Shown piece by piece: positions 1-13,885 of a stretch of 64,000 nucleotides of DNA (position 1 is its first letter; each line of letters begins with the position of its first letter). Where the stretch lies: positions 46,004,001 through 46,068,000 of the forward strand of contig OZ024749.1 in assembly GCA_964016885.1 (NCBI GenBank), in the 5' to 3' direction. The notes under the pieces are model-generated. The model was not told where the DNA came from. It worked only from the letters and a program-made list of their open reading frames with translations, and searched no databases. A program made the position numbers and the translations under genes. The stretch comes from Eledone cirrhosa. Taxonomy: Eukaryota.

Positions 1-44
<44 letters not shown>

Positions 45-78
45 AGTATGTATATATATGTATATATATATACATATT

Positions 79-214
<136 letters not shown>

Positions 215-830
215 TATATATACATATTTATATATATATACATGTGTGTGTTTGTGTGTGTGTATATGTATATACATATATATATATAATCTTGCTAACC
301 TTCACTAATCTATTGTCCATATTTCTTGCCTATAATATATATATATATTTTGATAAATATTTATGTAATAACAATAATTCGTAAATAGTGAAAATAACAA
401 ATATGTTGAAAATGTTATGGATTTCTTCATAAACTTCAAATTTTTAGCAACGAACAGCATTGAAGATGTATCAGTTCCTGCTTTTATTTCCGTTGTTATT
501 TCCCTTTCATGCTGAATTTCAGTTAGAGTTTCATAATTCCGGTCATATTTTAGAATTTATCAATACAACAACACAGTAAGAAAAATAAAAAAAATATAAA
601 AACGGAGATAGAGATGGCGCGATGTTTTATATAAAGATATGGAAGTAAAATATGAAAAGTATACAGCATTGTTTAGTCTACAAGAAATAGAAGCCAAGCT
701 TTATCATTATCACATTCTTCTGTCATAAAACGAAAAGCGCCATTGGTTAAATGTAGGTGTGGTCTCAGTATGTCTCAATATACGATAGGATGGTCACCAC
801 TGGACCGTCATTGATAATATGTCTGTTAAA

Positions 831-1018
831 TAATTGTTTCTAATTTTGGCACAAGGCCAGCAATTAATATATTGCATTACTGGTACTTTATTTTATCGAC
901 TCCGTAAGGATGAATGGCAAAGTTACTCGGCATGATTTGAACTGAGAATGAAAAGGCCCATAACTCTATGTTGCAAAGCATGTTGTCTGACGCTCTACCA
1001 ATACTGCTAATCCACCAC
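831..1018 (-). mobile_element. tRNA-derived SINE, family A (short-tail form), diverged copy
   Basis: Reverse complement of the 5049-5238 copy: tail TAATTGTTTC...GGCACAAGGCCAGCAATT, core TACTGGTACTTTATTTTATCGAC.CCGTAAGGATGAA.GGCAAAG, head ...GCTAATCCACC. Confidence 0.9.
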
Positions 1019-1269
1019 TGTGAAATATAACTCGCGCTTATACAGCACAAATCCATGGGCAGCATTAGCCAAATATAATTCTCAGAAATGTCTGATTGCG
1101 ATACGAAAGATCGTTAGATTAGTTTAAATCTGTGAGAAGAATAAATATCAGTTAATCGGAATTAGACTGGCTCCGAATATAACATTACCGAAATATGAAC
1201 CACAAAGAATACCATCAACATGGCGACAAACAGTACGATTACTCTTACGATCACTACTGTTACCGACAC

Positions 1270-2060
1270 CACCTCTATACAGCCATCAACAACAGCACCA
1301 CTATCACCAGAACCACCAACACTACCTCCTCCAACAAGAACAACATCACCACTAAAACCACCACTAAAACCACTACCATCAACACCAGCTTAACAACAAC
1401 ATAAACAACAACAAGAGCAGCAACAACAGCAACATCAACAACAAATCAATACCACCATAAGTTCAACAACATACTCCCCTCCACCAATACTATCATCAAC
1501 ACCACCACTACCAACCACCACCTCTAAAACCGCCACCACAATCATATCATCACCACTTCTAATATCACCGCCACCTCCACCACCAACATCACCACCACCA
1601 CCACCACCACTACCAACGTTACCATCAGTAACACCCACCACCACCACCACCACCACCGCCATCACCGCCACCTCCACCACCAACATCACCACCACCAACA
1701 CCATCGCCACCAACACAACCACCACCACCACCACACCAACCACCTCCAACACCAACATCACCACTACCACCATCACCAGCAACACCACCGCCACCACCAA
1801 CCACCACTACCGTCACCACCAACCACCACCACAAGCACCACCAACAACAACACCACCACCACCACTAACACAATCACCACCACCGCCACCAACATCACAC
1901 CACAACCATCACAACCAGCACCACCACCACCGTATCACCACCGCTGCCACCGCCACCGCTGCCACCACCACCACCACCACCATCACCACCACCACCACCA
2001 CCACCACTACCACCACCACCACCACCTCCACTACAACTGAGTTACCACCAGCACCAGCTT
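1270..2060. repeat. Degenerate (ACC)n/(AAC)n triplet low-complexity tract
   Basis: Directly visible ACC/CCA/AAC runs; source of the poly-V/G/T pseudo-ORFs. Confidence 0.9.
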
Positions 2061-2310
2061 CTAGATCAGAACAATCGCTACATACATAGTATAAACCACA
2101 AGCAATATGTTTAATCCTGTTGTAAAGTCAATATTATAGCTGGTCTCGGCAGTATATAGGAGAAGACACGAAAGCTTAATTCACTGATCATCATCACATC
2201 AACTCATTATGACTGAGAGATAATACTAGAAGGAAGTTGAATTCCTGTGTTAGTTTCCTCTTCTTCGGATTCTAACCAGTTCTTCATGTTTATCACCTGC
2301 TGTGTTCTGC

Positions 2311-2395
2311 AGGGCACTGAGGATCAAGCTGCGAGGCTGTGTAATAGGAATATGTGAGGAGGTAGTGTATGGTTGAAACTGAGCAGTACTGTCTT
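2311..2395 (+). ncRNA. Decayed hammerhead-like motif (weak)
   Basis: AGGGCA-CTGAGGA...GAAA-CTGAGCAG-TA-C-TGTCTT. Core boxes and stem III are present, but stem I is offset by 1 nt and stem II pairs poorly. Abuts (TA)n at about 2400. Confidence 0.25.
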
Positions 2396-2398
2396 GTG

Positions 2399-2474
<76 letters not shown>

Positions 2475-2616
2475 TATATATATATATATATGAAGATGTC
2501 GCTAATGTGAGGGAGGGGTAGGAAGAGGGCGTAAGAGGGTGTTAGAGGGAGTAAATATGGCGTGAGTGAAGCGTAGACATAGATAGAGTGTGACTGGTTG
2601 ACTAACTGAGTTTTTA

Positions 2617-2619
2617 GAG

Positions 2620-2664
<45 letters not shown>

Positions 2665-2670
2665 GAGAGA

Positions 2671-2722
<52 letters not shown>

Positions 2723-2740
2723 GAGAGAGTGAGAGAGAGA
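2617..2740. repeat. (GA)n microsatellite
   Basis: Directly visible. Confidence 0.95.
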
Positions 2741-3863
2741 ATGAAACTGATACACTGGAAACGTACAGAGATGATGACATTAAGTTTAATACAGATTGAA
2801 GGAACTTAAAAAAGGATAGAGTGTAACTGAGCCATAATATGTTTGGAAGTAATTGATAGAGAGGGAAAAGTGTCTGAGAAAAACACACATAGAGAAGGCA
2901 GCGATGTACAGGTGTAGTAAAAGAGAAGGAGCTAAAGTTAGAGATGAGACTTGGTATAGTATTGTAATCCTAAATAAAATTGTAGTGAGGGACAGAATGA
3001 ATCAAGACCGGGTGGTTGAATCAATTACTTCCTGTTCAATAGGGAGCATGAGTGGACAATTGATAGACCGTATGAGCAAATATTTGACCAAAATATATTA
3101 TGAGTTAAAAGAAATAGGGAACATGAAAGACAGACATGCAAAAAAGGAACGACGATACAAGATCTCTCCCAAAACAAAAAATAAAATGAAATGAACATCA
3201 TAATACCCACAAACATAATATAACCCCCATTGATTTCCATCATCAATGAAACACTGCATAAGCCGGTCACGTGATATAATGCTTGTTTATCACCCGGCAG
3301 CCTCGTTCTGATTTCCTCAATTTCAAATCTTCTCCCATGTTGATTTTTCCTTCATTTTCCCTTTATTTTTAGGGATTTGTCGTTATGACTTGGTTTTATT
3401 TGTGTCATTTTTATACATCTTGCTAGACATCTTCAGTTAGGTTGGCATACATATTTAAACCATATCCGTTCAAACTTAATGGCTTCGTCTCATACCATAT
3501 TCTCCTTCGAATTGTTGTTACTATGCGGCAATGTACGCAACTCGATTTATATTACTATTATGTATATATACATAAATAAATGAATATATTGGAAGCCCCG
3601 TGTATAACCAGTGAGGTGTCCCACTGGATGATTCAGGATTGGATAGGAAAACAATATATTTTGCCAGGAAGAAGAATTTTATGACAATCTAAGGTTCCTG
3701 AAATCTGAGAGACTAAGCATTTTCAGTGATTTTAAATGTAGTGAATCTACATGAATCTATTTAATGTGAATCATTAGTGGTGGGCATACTGTAAAATTGG
3801 CTTCAAATTGTAATTGAATGCCTATCTGTATAAAGAAAACCACGGTACTAATCCCTTATACAC

Positions 3864-3920
<57 letters not shown>

Positions 3921-3933
3921 TATATATATATAT

Positions 3934-3986
<53 letters not shown>

Positions 3987-4103
3987 GATAAATCTACCAA
4001 GAGTTTACGGTAGTGTCCAATCCGTATGGAGAACTCAATGTATTCCGGATATCATGGAAAGAAGAGATGTAATGAAAAACCACTTTCGGTGAAAGATAAA
4101 CGG

Positions 4104-4293
4104 TATAAGACGGCGTATATATGTGTTTGGTATGTATATTTAATCTTGATAATTTGTATAATTTTGTATAATTTTGTACATAGATCTGTTGAATATGCAT
4201 ACCAATTCTAACACATATATATCCTAGAAACGATCGTTAAATAATGAACTTTTTTTGTTTAATATAAGGAATTGTTTATTCATTATTTGTTTA

Positions 4294-4296
<3 letters not shown>
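4104..4296 (+). mobile_element. Decayed paralog of the long-stem-II hammerhead element at 9211-9400 (putative Penelope-like pLTR remnant)
   Basis: Shares TATATATGTGT..GGTATGTATAT...CATAGATCT...ATACCAA..ACACATATATATCCTAGAAACGA.CGT.AAAT.ATGAA and the downstream tail with 9224-9400. The CTGAAGA box has decayed to TATAAGA. Palindromic stem III ACGATCGT is retained. Ends at (TA)n. Confidence 0.65.
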
Positions 4297-4379
<83 letters not shown>

Positions 4380-4596
4380 GGCGGACTGGATCTAAAATTA
4401 TTGGATGCCAGGAGATGAAGGAGGCCCACCTACATATAGAATGCTATCATTTAATTTTTATAATGAATAAATAACATTTTCGAAAAATACATAAGTCTAA
4501 ACAAATGGTGCAATCAAATTGTTGCGGAGAAATATCTTACCTTCTCCAATAAAAAAATATTATGTATTTTGCGAAATCCAAAGTCTTTCAATAAGC

Positions 4597-4961
4597 CATG
4601 AACAACACCACATCTTTTTAACTTTGATTTTGAAAGTAGATTTATAATTATCAATTTTTAATATACTTTTGTAGTTGCCTCGTTGGCCTAGTTTGAGGAA
4701 TCATAGACGGTGGTGATCCTGGTGTGAAGTTCGATCCTGATTGGGAGTAGGGTTCTCCTAAATCATTTCAGTTTCTTCCTATTGGTTGTAAAGTAAAACT
4801 GAGAAAGGTTACATATACCTCTTGACCAAGATTGAACCCAAATAAAGATCTCTAGTACCTATCGATAGTCTACTGAGACAACAACGAAAATCGTATGGAA
4901 ATTCATACTTATAAACCTACTTTCAAAATTTTCAAATCAAAGTTTTGTGGTGTCGTTCATG
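4597..4961. mobile_element. Old MITE-like element with ~55-bp imperfect inverted repeats (4597-4651 / 4905-4961)
   Basis: CATGAACAACACCACA...AACTTTGATTTTGAAAGTAGATTTATAATTAT is mirrored by ATACTTATAAACCTACTTTCAAAA...TCAAAGTTTTGTGGTGTCGTTCATG. Confidence 0.5.
4677..4886 (+). mobile_element. Possible second tRNA-derived SINE (family B) or tRNA pseudogene, inside the MITE-like element
   Basis: GCCTCGTTGGCCTAGT (A-box-like) and GTTCGATCC (B-box, 4729-4737) at tRNA-like spacing; ends in ACAACAAC. Single copy in the window. Confidence 0.4.
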
Positions 4962-5048
4962 TCTTTCTTAATGTTATTGTTCCTACTTAAGGTCGACTTT
5001 CAATAATGAGCTTTGGTCTTTCACACTCACTCATTATATATATAGAAA

Positions 5049-5233
5049 GGCGGTGGATTGGCAGTATCGGTAGAGGGTCGGACGCCATGCTTTGACGCAT
5101 AGAGTTACAGCCCTTGCCATTCTGAGTTCAAATCCCGCCGAGGTTAACTTTGGCTTTCATCCTTACGGGGTCGATAAAATAAAGTACCAGTAATGCACTG
5201 AGTATTTGCTGGCCTTGTGCCAAAAATAGAAAC

Positions 5234-5238
<5 letters not shown>
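5049..5238 (+). mobile_element. tRNA-derived SINE, family A (short-tail form), well-conserved reference copy
   Basis: A-box-like TGGCAGTATCGGT, B-box GAGTTCAAATCCC, central CTTTCATCCTTACGGGGTCGATAAAATAAAGTACCAG (recalled as resembling the Meta-SINE domain and Octopus SINEs), tail GCTGGCCTTGTGCCAAAAATAGAAACAATTA. Many copies in both orientations in the window. Confidence 0.93.
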
Positions 5239-5314
<76 letters not shown>

Positions 5315-6066
5315 TATATCTATATCTATTTTTATATATATATATACATATATATATATACACCATCTTCACCACTAATTGAGTTAACAGATGCCTTTAT
5401 TTGCACTAACGTATATTTTGGTTCCTAGTAATTCCCTTGAGAATTATATATATATTGTGCTTGTATGATATTGTGCTTGTATGTGTTTAAATATAATTAC
5501 GTGTGAGTTGGTTTGTCGGCATTAACACTACAATATATATATATATATAAACATAAATTATCGAGATTCGCATTTCGGCCCACGAAATAACGAAAAACAA
5601 TCTCCGAGATGTGCGGCAAGTGCTCAATGAGAGCTATAACAAACATTAAAGGCCAAACACTGAGACGACGGTTAAACAATCATTCGTATAGCCCCAAAAA
5701 ACGATCAAGTAATTCGGGTATTGAAAATTTACCCGGACTCCTGGATGGTTGGTAAAATCCAGTATATGGGTTTCTGCTGCTCCTGAATCAAGTACCGTCC
5801 GCTTACATAAATAATGTCAGGCTTCTGGTAAGATGATTGAACAAGGAAGCCACTTTCTCAACAGATCTTAGTTCAATGTTAATACCAGAACTGACTATTG
5901 CTGAACCCACGTGGGGATCGGCAATGAAGGGAACCTCTATATCAGGCGAATGATTACAGTTGTGTATATTTTTGCAAGAATTCAAAAACATCACAAATCG
6001 TTTATTAGCGTGAAGCTAATAAACCTTTGTTCGTACTGCCTCTCTGTTTTGTTCCCGTTCAATTTT

Positions 6067-6122
<56 letters not shown>

Positions 6123-6633
6123 ACATCTGTTATATGATTTTATGTCTATATACTTCCGAGTAATAAAGGGTGTATGTATGTGAAACAAAGTGAGAGAGGA
6201 TACATATGTAAAGAAATCTTAAAACGATAAATTTGTTACGAGATCAAATTATATGAAACTAAAAACGCGGTGTTTGTTCCTTTCCTTCAAAAAGTACAGC
6301 GATTGATACGATATGATATGAATTTTAAAGCCTACACTACTTAGGAAGTGTTTGAAGTGTGAAAAGTAAGGTCTCAAAACACGTATGTTTACATATGATT
6401 TAGCTGTTCTAAACATCGACTGCTGTAGTAATTAAAATAGGAGAAAAAAATATCGGTTCTAAAGTTTGACCTAACACTATTTAGAATTTTGAAAATGTAA
6501 TATAACAAACAATTTCTTTAAAATATAGGTTTATGTGTAGTTACTTTTGTGTATGTTGCGTGCTTGTACACAAACTGTGGCGAGAGCTCACACAGAAACG
6601 CACTCACTAGCACAAACATATACATATTCCGCA

Positions 6634-6705
<72 letters not shown>

Positions 6706-6744
6706 TATGAATATGTATATATATATATATGAATATACATATAC

Positions 6745-6791
<47 letters not shown>

Positions 6792-6952
6792 AACATATAT
6801 ATATATATATATATGTATATCCATATACATCTAAATATATGCGTACGTGTGTATGTATTGTACACGCATACACGGAGAGATACACAAGTATACACACCCA
6901 CACAAACACACACACACACACATATATGTGTGTGTGTATGCGTGTGTGTCTG

Positions 6953-7043
<91 letters not shown>

Positions 7044-7619
7044 GTGTGTGTATGCGTGTATATATATATATATATATAATTACACACAAACGTTTACTAC
7101 AGCTTCTTTTTAGAAGTCAGAGCTAAGCAGTTTAAGTCCAGTCCTGTAGGACTAATGTCCTAGAATCACGTACGACACATATAACACCGACATTCGTTTT
7201 ATCTCGTTCTATGTTTAATATATCTTATACATCAAAAACAAAAAGAAGATTAATAAATTAATAAACGAATATAAATGGACGACGTAGAAAGGGAAAAAAA
7301 AAGAAGACGGATGTGAAGAAGATAACGAAGAAAAGTATAAGTGAGGGGAGGTGGTAGAGGTGTAAAAGAATAAAGAAAAGAAGAGTCGGTAGTGACAGAT
7401 AAAAGGATGAAATAAGGATTAACGGAAGCGCACCTGTGTTAGGCTGTGTTTGTTCCTTTTTCTGATTATACACATACACACAGTTACCTACGTAAATATA
7501 TTTCAACGGACAAATACACATATGCCTATTTAGACACAAACACACATATAACTATATGAATAGATGTATATATGTATGTGTATGTATACATATATATATA
7601 TATATATGTATGTGTATGT

Positions 7620-7659
<40 letters not shown>

Positions 7660-7688
7660 GTATATACATCTATTCATATATTTATATG

Positions 7689-7797
<109 letters not shown>

Positions 7798-7824
7798 TTA
7801 TTTATATATATATTTATTTATATA

Positions 7825-8002
<178 letters not shown>

Positions 8003-8453
8003 AATAAATAAATATATATATACATATATATATATATGTAAATGTGTGTGTGTGTGTGTGCATAAATTTAAGTACTATATGTTTATATAGTTATATCTTA
8101 TCTTTAATATTGTAATGCTTACTGCTTACATCAAAAGGGTATATCTCAGCTAATACGCATTATATAATATATGCTAGCTCTTTACAGTTTGTCACATTTC
8201 TTCTTATGAGTCGCTAATAAATGATTTGCGTCTTTATTTATCCTGTTTTACTGCGTTTGTTTGTTTGTTTGTATATATATTTTCTTATATATAGATGTTC
8301 CCTAGGGGTGGGTCTGAATATATGGCTTTCGTTATCCTTTTTAATGATTTTGTTTGTTAATGTTTCTTATATATGTATATGTATATATGTGTCTGTGTGT
8401 GTGAGTGCATGTATATATATATATATATATATATATAAATTGATATATGTGTG

Positions 8454-8484
<31 letters not shown>

Positions 8485-8527
8485 TTATATATGTATATAT
8501 ATGTATATATATATATGTATATATCTG

Positions 8528-8594
<67 letters not shown>

Positions 8595-8678
8595 ATATAC
8601 GCATACAGAGAAAGAAATTTGTTCTTTCTCGGGGCTGGTGGTGTAACATCTGTTTTACTATATATTTATAAATATACT

Positions 8679-8681
<3 letters not shown>

Positions 8682-8731
<50 letters not shown>
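8682..8731. repeat. (ATT)n microsatellite
   Basis: Directly visible. Confidence 0.95.
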
Positions 8732-8986
8732 GTTTTTGCCTTTCACGTTGGACTCCACCATTTATTGTTGTGTGCGTGTGTAATGATGGTTACTAGCGGA
8801 CTCTCTTTGAAATATGTTTGCAAACGACCTATAAAGTAGTGTAGGATTAGTGGGTATATATATATATACGAGCCGAACACAGGCATTCATATATATATTA
8901 TATATATTCATAGGAAGGGTAAAGGAAAGGAGAGTGCTCTATGTAAGCTACAGAGCTATTTAGTTACGTAATAAACAACATAAGAC

Positions 8987-9034
8987 AATTATTCCGTGGT
9001 TTCACGAAGACAGATGTAATCGCTCATCAGAATT
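8987..9034 (-). ncRNA. Decayed type I hammerhead ribozyme motif
   Basis: Minus strand: AATT-CTGATGA-GCGA(loop)TCGT-GAAA-CCACGG-AAT-AATT. Core and stem II are intact; the cleavage-site UH is lost. Confidence 0.45.
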
Positions 9035-9081
9035 TTTTAAAAAATGTTCATTTATTTATCGTATGTTGTTCATTACATAAC

Positions 9082-9162
<81 letters not shown>

Positions 9163-9172
9163 ATATGTATAA

Positions 9173-9203
<31 letters not shown>

Positions 9204-9210
9204 GAGGGAT

Positions 9211-9342
9211 TTATTTCTGAAGACAGCATATATATGTGTAGGTATGTATATTCCCTCTGATATTTTGTAAAAATTTTACATAGATCTATATGATATACAT
9301 ACCAACACACACATATATATCCTAGAAACGAACGTAAAATGA
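9211..9342 (+). ncRNA. Type I hammerhead ribozyme motif with ~100-nt stem II
   Basis: Stem I TTATTT/AAATGA; CTGAAGA 9217-9223; stem II containing ATATATATGTGT/ACACATATATAT and GGTATGTATAT/ATATACATACC; GAAA 9325-9328; stem III CG-AA-CG; GTA cleavage triplet 9334-9336. C.A mismatch at the base of stem II. Confidence 0.65.
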
Positions 9343-9395
9343 TGAATTTTTTTTAATATAACGAACTGTTTCTTTGTTTGTATTCATTATTTTTA

Positions 9396-9435
<40 letters not shown>

Positions 9436-9436
9436 A

Positions 9437-9470
<34 letters not shown>

Positions 9471-9513
9471 GTATAAATATATATATATATATATACGTAT
9501 GTATACGTACATA

Positions 9514-9830
9514 CATAAGTATGTATACGTACATACAGATATGTATACAGACGTACAGTAGTATGTATACATATACATACATGCATACATATATATATTT
9601 ACGTATGGAAACTAGTACATCGTTCCTACTGTCAGTGTTGAACAAAAGGGCAACGATGGTTGCTAAACACTGTACGCCTTAATTCGGGATATTTGTTTCC
9701 AAACAAACCGAGCATTATAATAAATGTTCGGTAAATCCATCCGTACATATATATATGTGTGCATGTATGTATATATACACATACTACTGTACGTATGTAT
9801 ACATATATGTATGTACGTATATATACTTAT
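9514..9830. repeat. ~95-bp imperfect inverted repeat (9514-9609 / 9736-9830) enclosing the 3' half of a hammerhead-bearing unit
   Basis: ATAAGTATGTATACGTACATACAGATATGTATACAGACGTACAGTAGTAT is mirrored by ATACTACTGTACGTATGTATACATATATGTATGTACGTATATATACTTAT. The loop begins GAAACTAGTACATCGT and matches 13772-13885. Confidence 0.75.
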
Positions 9831-9915
9831 ATTTAAGTAACAGACGTACTAAGAGTCAGAAATGAAATTTCGTTTCATTTTTTTCCATATATATATATAT
9901 ATATATATATACAGG

Positions 9916-10119
<204 letters not shown>

Positions 10120-10562
10120 ACCTGTCTGTGCGTGTTTGTATGTACGTGCGCGATGGTGTGGGTGTGTTGTACTTCAATTGATCCAAAGACGATTCTTCTA
10201 GATTTTTTTATGAAATGGACAGCCTGATCGTGTGCCCGTAATGTAGTTCCCTAGTCAACATGATTGTTCCCTGAAACGTTGATGAACTGAAATGGTCATA
10301 GTCTGCCTGAGATACTCTTATAGAAAGACCAAATTAGGTCAATTCTTCAACATAATCCCTGGAAAGATACAAAGCTTTCACACTAATGCATGCGATATTT
10401 CACATAACTATAATCACTCCTTTATAGTCACATAGCTATCATCACGCCTTTATAGTCAGTCTATAAAATATACACAGCATGTCCATTATCTTGGTCATCA
10501 TCATCATCAACAACACCACAAACATGATCATCGATATCTTCCGCCTTAACATTATTTTATCA

Positions 10563-10748
10563 CGGTGGATTGGCAGTATCGGTAGAGGGTCGGACGCCAT
10601 GCTTTCCAGCATATTTACGTCCCTTTACAATCTGAGTTCAAATCCCGCCGAGTTTGACTTTGCCTTTCATCCTTACGGGGTCGATAAAATAAAGTACCAA
10701 TTATGCATTTGGTAATTGCTGGCCTTGTGCCTAAAGTAGAAACAATTA
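10563..10748 (+). mobile_element. tRNA-derived SINE, family A
   Basis: Full-length match to 5049-5238. Confidence 0.93.
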
Positions 10749-10974
10749 TCATCAGTAATACAACATCAACAACAGCAAGACAAAAAAGAAAACAACAAAC
10801 AAACAAAAAAACATCAAAAGAGTGAATGTATCAACAAACAATATACAACAACAACAGTAATGACAACATCAACAAGACCATCAGCGTAAAAACACAAAAT
10901 CAAAATCCATCGCTGATGATCAAAATATCTTAAATGGTTTATACGTTGGTCGTTACATTCTTTAACTGGATGGA

Positions 10975-12050
10975 TCCTTGATTCGATTGTTGGATGGCTG
11001 GTTGGCCAACTGACTGGCAGGATGTTTGGCTGGCTGCCCGACTGGCTGTTTGGTTGGCTGGCTGATTCGCTGGCTGGTTGGCTAGCCGGACAAGGGCTGG
11101 TTGGCTGGCTGACGGACAGGCTGGTTGGTTGGCTGGCTGATTCGCTGGCTGGTTGGCTAGCCGGACAAGGGCTGGTTGGCTGGATGGATGGTTGGCTGAC
11201 CGACAGGCTGGTTGGCAAGCTGGCCGACTGGCTGACTGGCTGGCGGATTTGGCTGGTTCGCTGGCCGACTGGCGGATTGGCGGAGAGCTGAGTGGCTGGC
11301 TGACTGTTTGGCTGACTGGGTGATTGGCTTGCTGGCCGGTCCACTGGCCGCCTGGTTGGCTGGCCGACGGACTAGTTGATTGGCTGGCTGGTTGGCTGGC
11401 TGGTCTGCCGGCCGACTGGCTGCCTAGTTGGCTGGCCGACGGACTAGTTGATTGGCTGGCTGGTTGGCTGGCTGGTCTGCCGGCCGACTGGCTGCCTTGT
11501 TGGCTGGCCGAAGGACTGGTTGATTGGCTGGGTGGTTGGCTGGCTGGCTGGCCGACTGGCCGCTTGGTTGGCTGGCCGACGGACTGGTTGATTGGCTGGT
11601 TGGTTGGCTGGCTGGCTGGTAGGCCGACTAGCTGCCTGGTTGGCTGGCCGAAAGACTGGTTGATCGGCTGGTTGGTTGGCTGGCTGGTGTCCGGCAGACT
11701 GGCTGCCTGGTCGGCTGGCCGAAAGACTGCTTGATCGGCTGGTTTGTTGGTTGGCCGGTGTCCGGCAGACTGGCTGCCCTGATGTTTGGCTTCTTGGTTA
11801 TCGGTAGGATAGCCCGGATGGTTGACTGTTTGGATGGTTGGCTGACCGAATGGCTGTCTGGCCGACCTTCTGGCTGGCTGGCAAGGAGATGGCTGGCTGG
11901 CTAGACTGGGATGGCTGGCTGGCTAGAACTGGGGCTGGCTAACTGGCTGGCAGTCTAGATGTTCGACTTCTTGGTTATCTGTAGGATTGACCGGCTGTTT
12001 GGTTGTCTTGCTTGTCGGTTGGTTGGTTTGTTTTTGGTTATTTGGGTTGG
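10975..12050. repeat. GC-rich (GGCT/GGTT)n-derived minisatellite with 68-76-bp higher-order units
   Basis: GGACT(A/G)GTTGATTGG recurs at 11369, 11441, 11513 and 11581 (72, 72, 68 bp). The TGGTTGGCTGGCTGATTCGCTGG block recurs at 11051 and 11127 (76 bp). Confidence 0.9.
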
Positions 12051-12350
12051 TTTCATTCCTTCTTTCGTTTTCGGTTATTCAGTCGTGAAACACGAAACCC
12101 AGGACCACCATCACTAACAACAACATATTATTAGTGGCTAAACAAGGGAGGAGAAAACAACAAACGCAGCCTAATAAATAAGCAACCACATGATTTCCGA
12201 AGCCACTAATTCACGCCATTCACTTTCTCATAAATATTTTCATCTGTTGGCGGTGATTTTACGTCCTATTCCGCCATATTGGTTGGCATTCGTCTCCTAT
12301 TATTATAATAACAGATATCACCCCACCCTGTTTTCAGTTCGTTTCCATGT

Positions 12351-12406
<56 letters not shown>

Positions 12407-12435
12407 TTGTGTGTGTATGTGTGTTTGTGTGTGTG

Positions 12436-12470
<35 letters not shown>

Positions 12471-12488
12471 TTTGTGTGTATGTGTGTT

Positions 12489-12562
<74 letters not shown>

Positions 12563-12596
12563 CATATTTATATATATATATATATCCACACACACA

Positions 12597-12638
<42 letters not shown>

Positions 12639-13540
12639 TGTGTGTGGGTGTGTGTGTGTGGGTGTGTCTGTGTGTGTGTCTCTCTGTGTGTAATTGCATG
12701 TGTTTGCATCTGTGTCCTATTTTTATTTTTATTTTTACTCTCTATCCTCCACGCAGTACCCTTCTTTTATTTTTCTCTTTGATTATCTCAGAATTATCTC
12801 CCTCTACTCTCTCACCCAGTTTCTCTCCCCCGCTCCCACTCTCTCTCTCTCTGTCTCTCTCTCGCTCTCTCTCCCTCTATGTATCTACTAATCTGTCACA
12901 AATTTTCTTTCTGCCTTTCCAAATTACTCCCTCGTTCAATCCTCCCTCTTCGTTCTAGAACTATCCCCACTCCCTCTATTACAATATTAGTTCGGTATTT
13001 CTTTCTCTATATTTATGTCTCACTCCATTAGTCGTCCTTGTCCCAATGTTTATGCCACCCCTTACTTTTGCATGTTCTATCTAATTTTAATAGCTCTCTA
13101 TCCCAAATTCAATCCCTATCTATCGCTTTCTCTCATTCATAGTCCCAATCACCGTAACTAGCTATTATGAATGCAAGCTAGAAGAAGCACACTTTATAAT
13201 CTCCATGTTTGTTATTTATGAGAAGCGAGGTGGTGACGTTGATTAGAGAATTTCACAAGCCTCCTATATTTCAATTCTCCTTTAATATCTTCCTCGACAT
13301 CATCTCAAAATATTACACTTTCACCATATCCACACACTGGCAATCTGATGACTGCAATAGAGAGAGGGAGTAAGGAATAGAGAGATAAAGAGAAAGGGGA
13401 AAATGTGAGAGAGAGACAGTAAGCTAAATAGAGTGTGTGAGAGAGCGAGTGAATGAAAGCCTGAGAATGTAGAAATCAGATAACAAACAACATACATACA
13501 TGCACACATATACATATATATATGTACGTATGGTATATGA

Positions 13541-13885
13541 ATACTACTGTACGTCTGTATACATATATGAATGTACGTATCAGCCGTACTAAGAGTGAGA
13601 AATGAAATTTCATTTTTTCCATTTATCATTTCCGATACGCCCGGCCGACTAACTCACTCGATATGCAAATTAGGCTGCTCAGCCGTTAAAATGCATAAGG
13701 AAAGTATATACTTTCAAACGTTCAATCGATTGACAGGAAGGTATACGGTGATGATAACAGCTAATAAGCTAGAAACTAGTTCATCGTTCCTCTGTCAGTG
13801 TTGAACAAAAGGGCAACGATGGTTGCCGAACACTGTACGGCTTAATTCGGGCTATTTGTTTACAAACAAACCGAACATTATAATA
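13541..13885 (+). mobile_element. Hammerhead-bearing repeat unit (putative Penelope-like pLTR or retrozyme monomer), paralog of 9608-9888
   Basis: 13541-13622 matches 9781-9888 and 13772-13885 matches 9608-9723. Contains a decayed hammerhead at 13745-13787. Confidence 0.7.
13745..13787 (+). ncRNA. Decayed minimal type I hammerhead ribozyme
   Basis: ACGGTG-ATGATAA-C-AGCT(AATA)AGCT-A-GAAA-CTAG-TT-CATCGT: 6-bp stem I, palindromic stem III ACTAGT, two substitutions in the CTGATGA box. The paralog at 9608 has the GTA triplet. Confidence 0.55.

Noticed and set aside
5807-5936. Possible minus-strand exon (TAG|...EVPFIADPHVGSAIVSSGINIELRSVEKVASLFNHLTRSLTLF...|GTAAGC)
   Set aside because: Good donor, but weak polypyrimidine tract, no recognisable domain and no partner exons. 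RNA-seq or BLASTX would be needed.
10814-11734. QPAS-repeat and WLAG-repeat ORFs
   Set aside because: By-products of the GGCT-based minisatellite.
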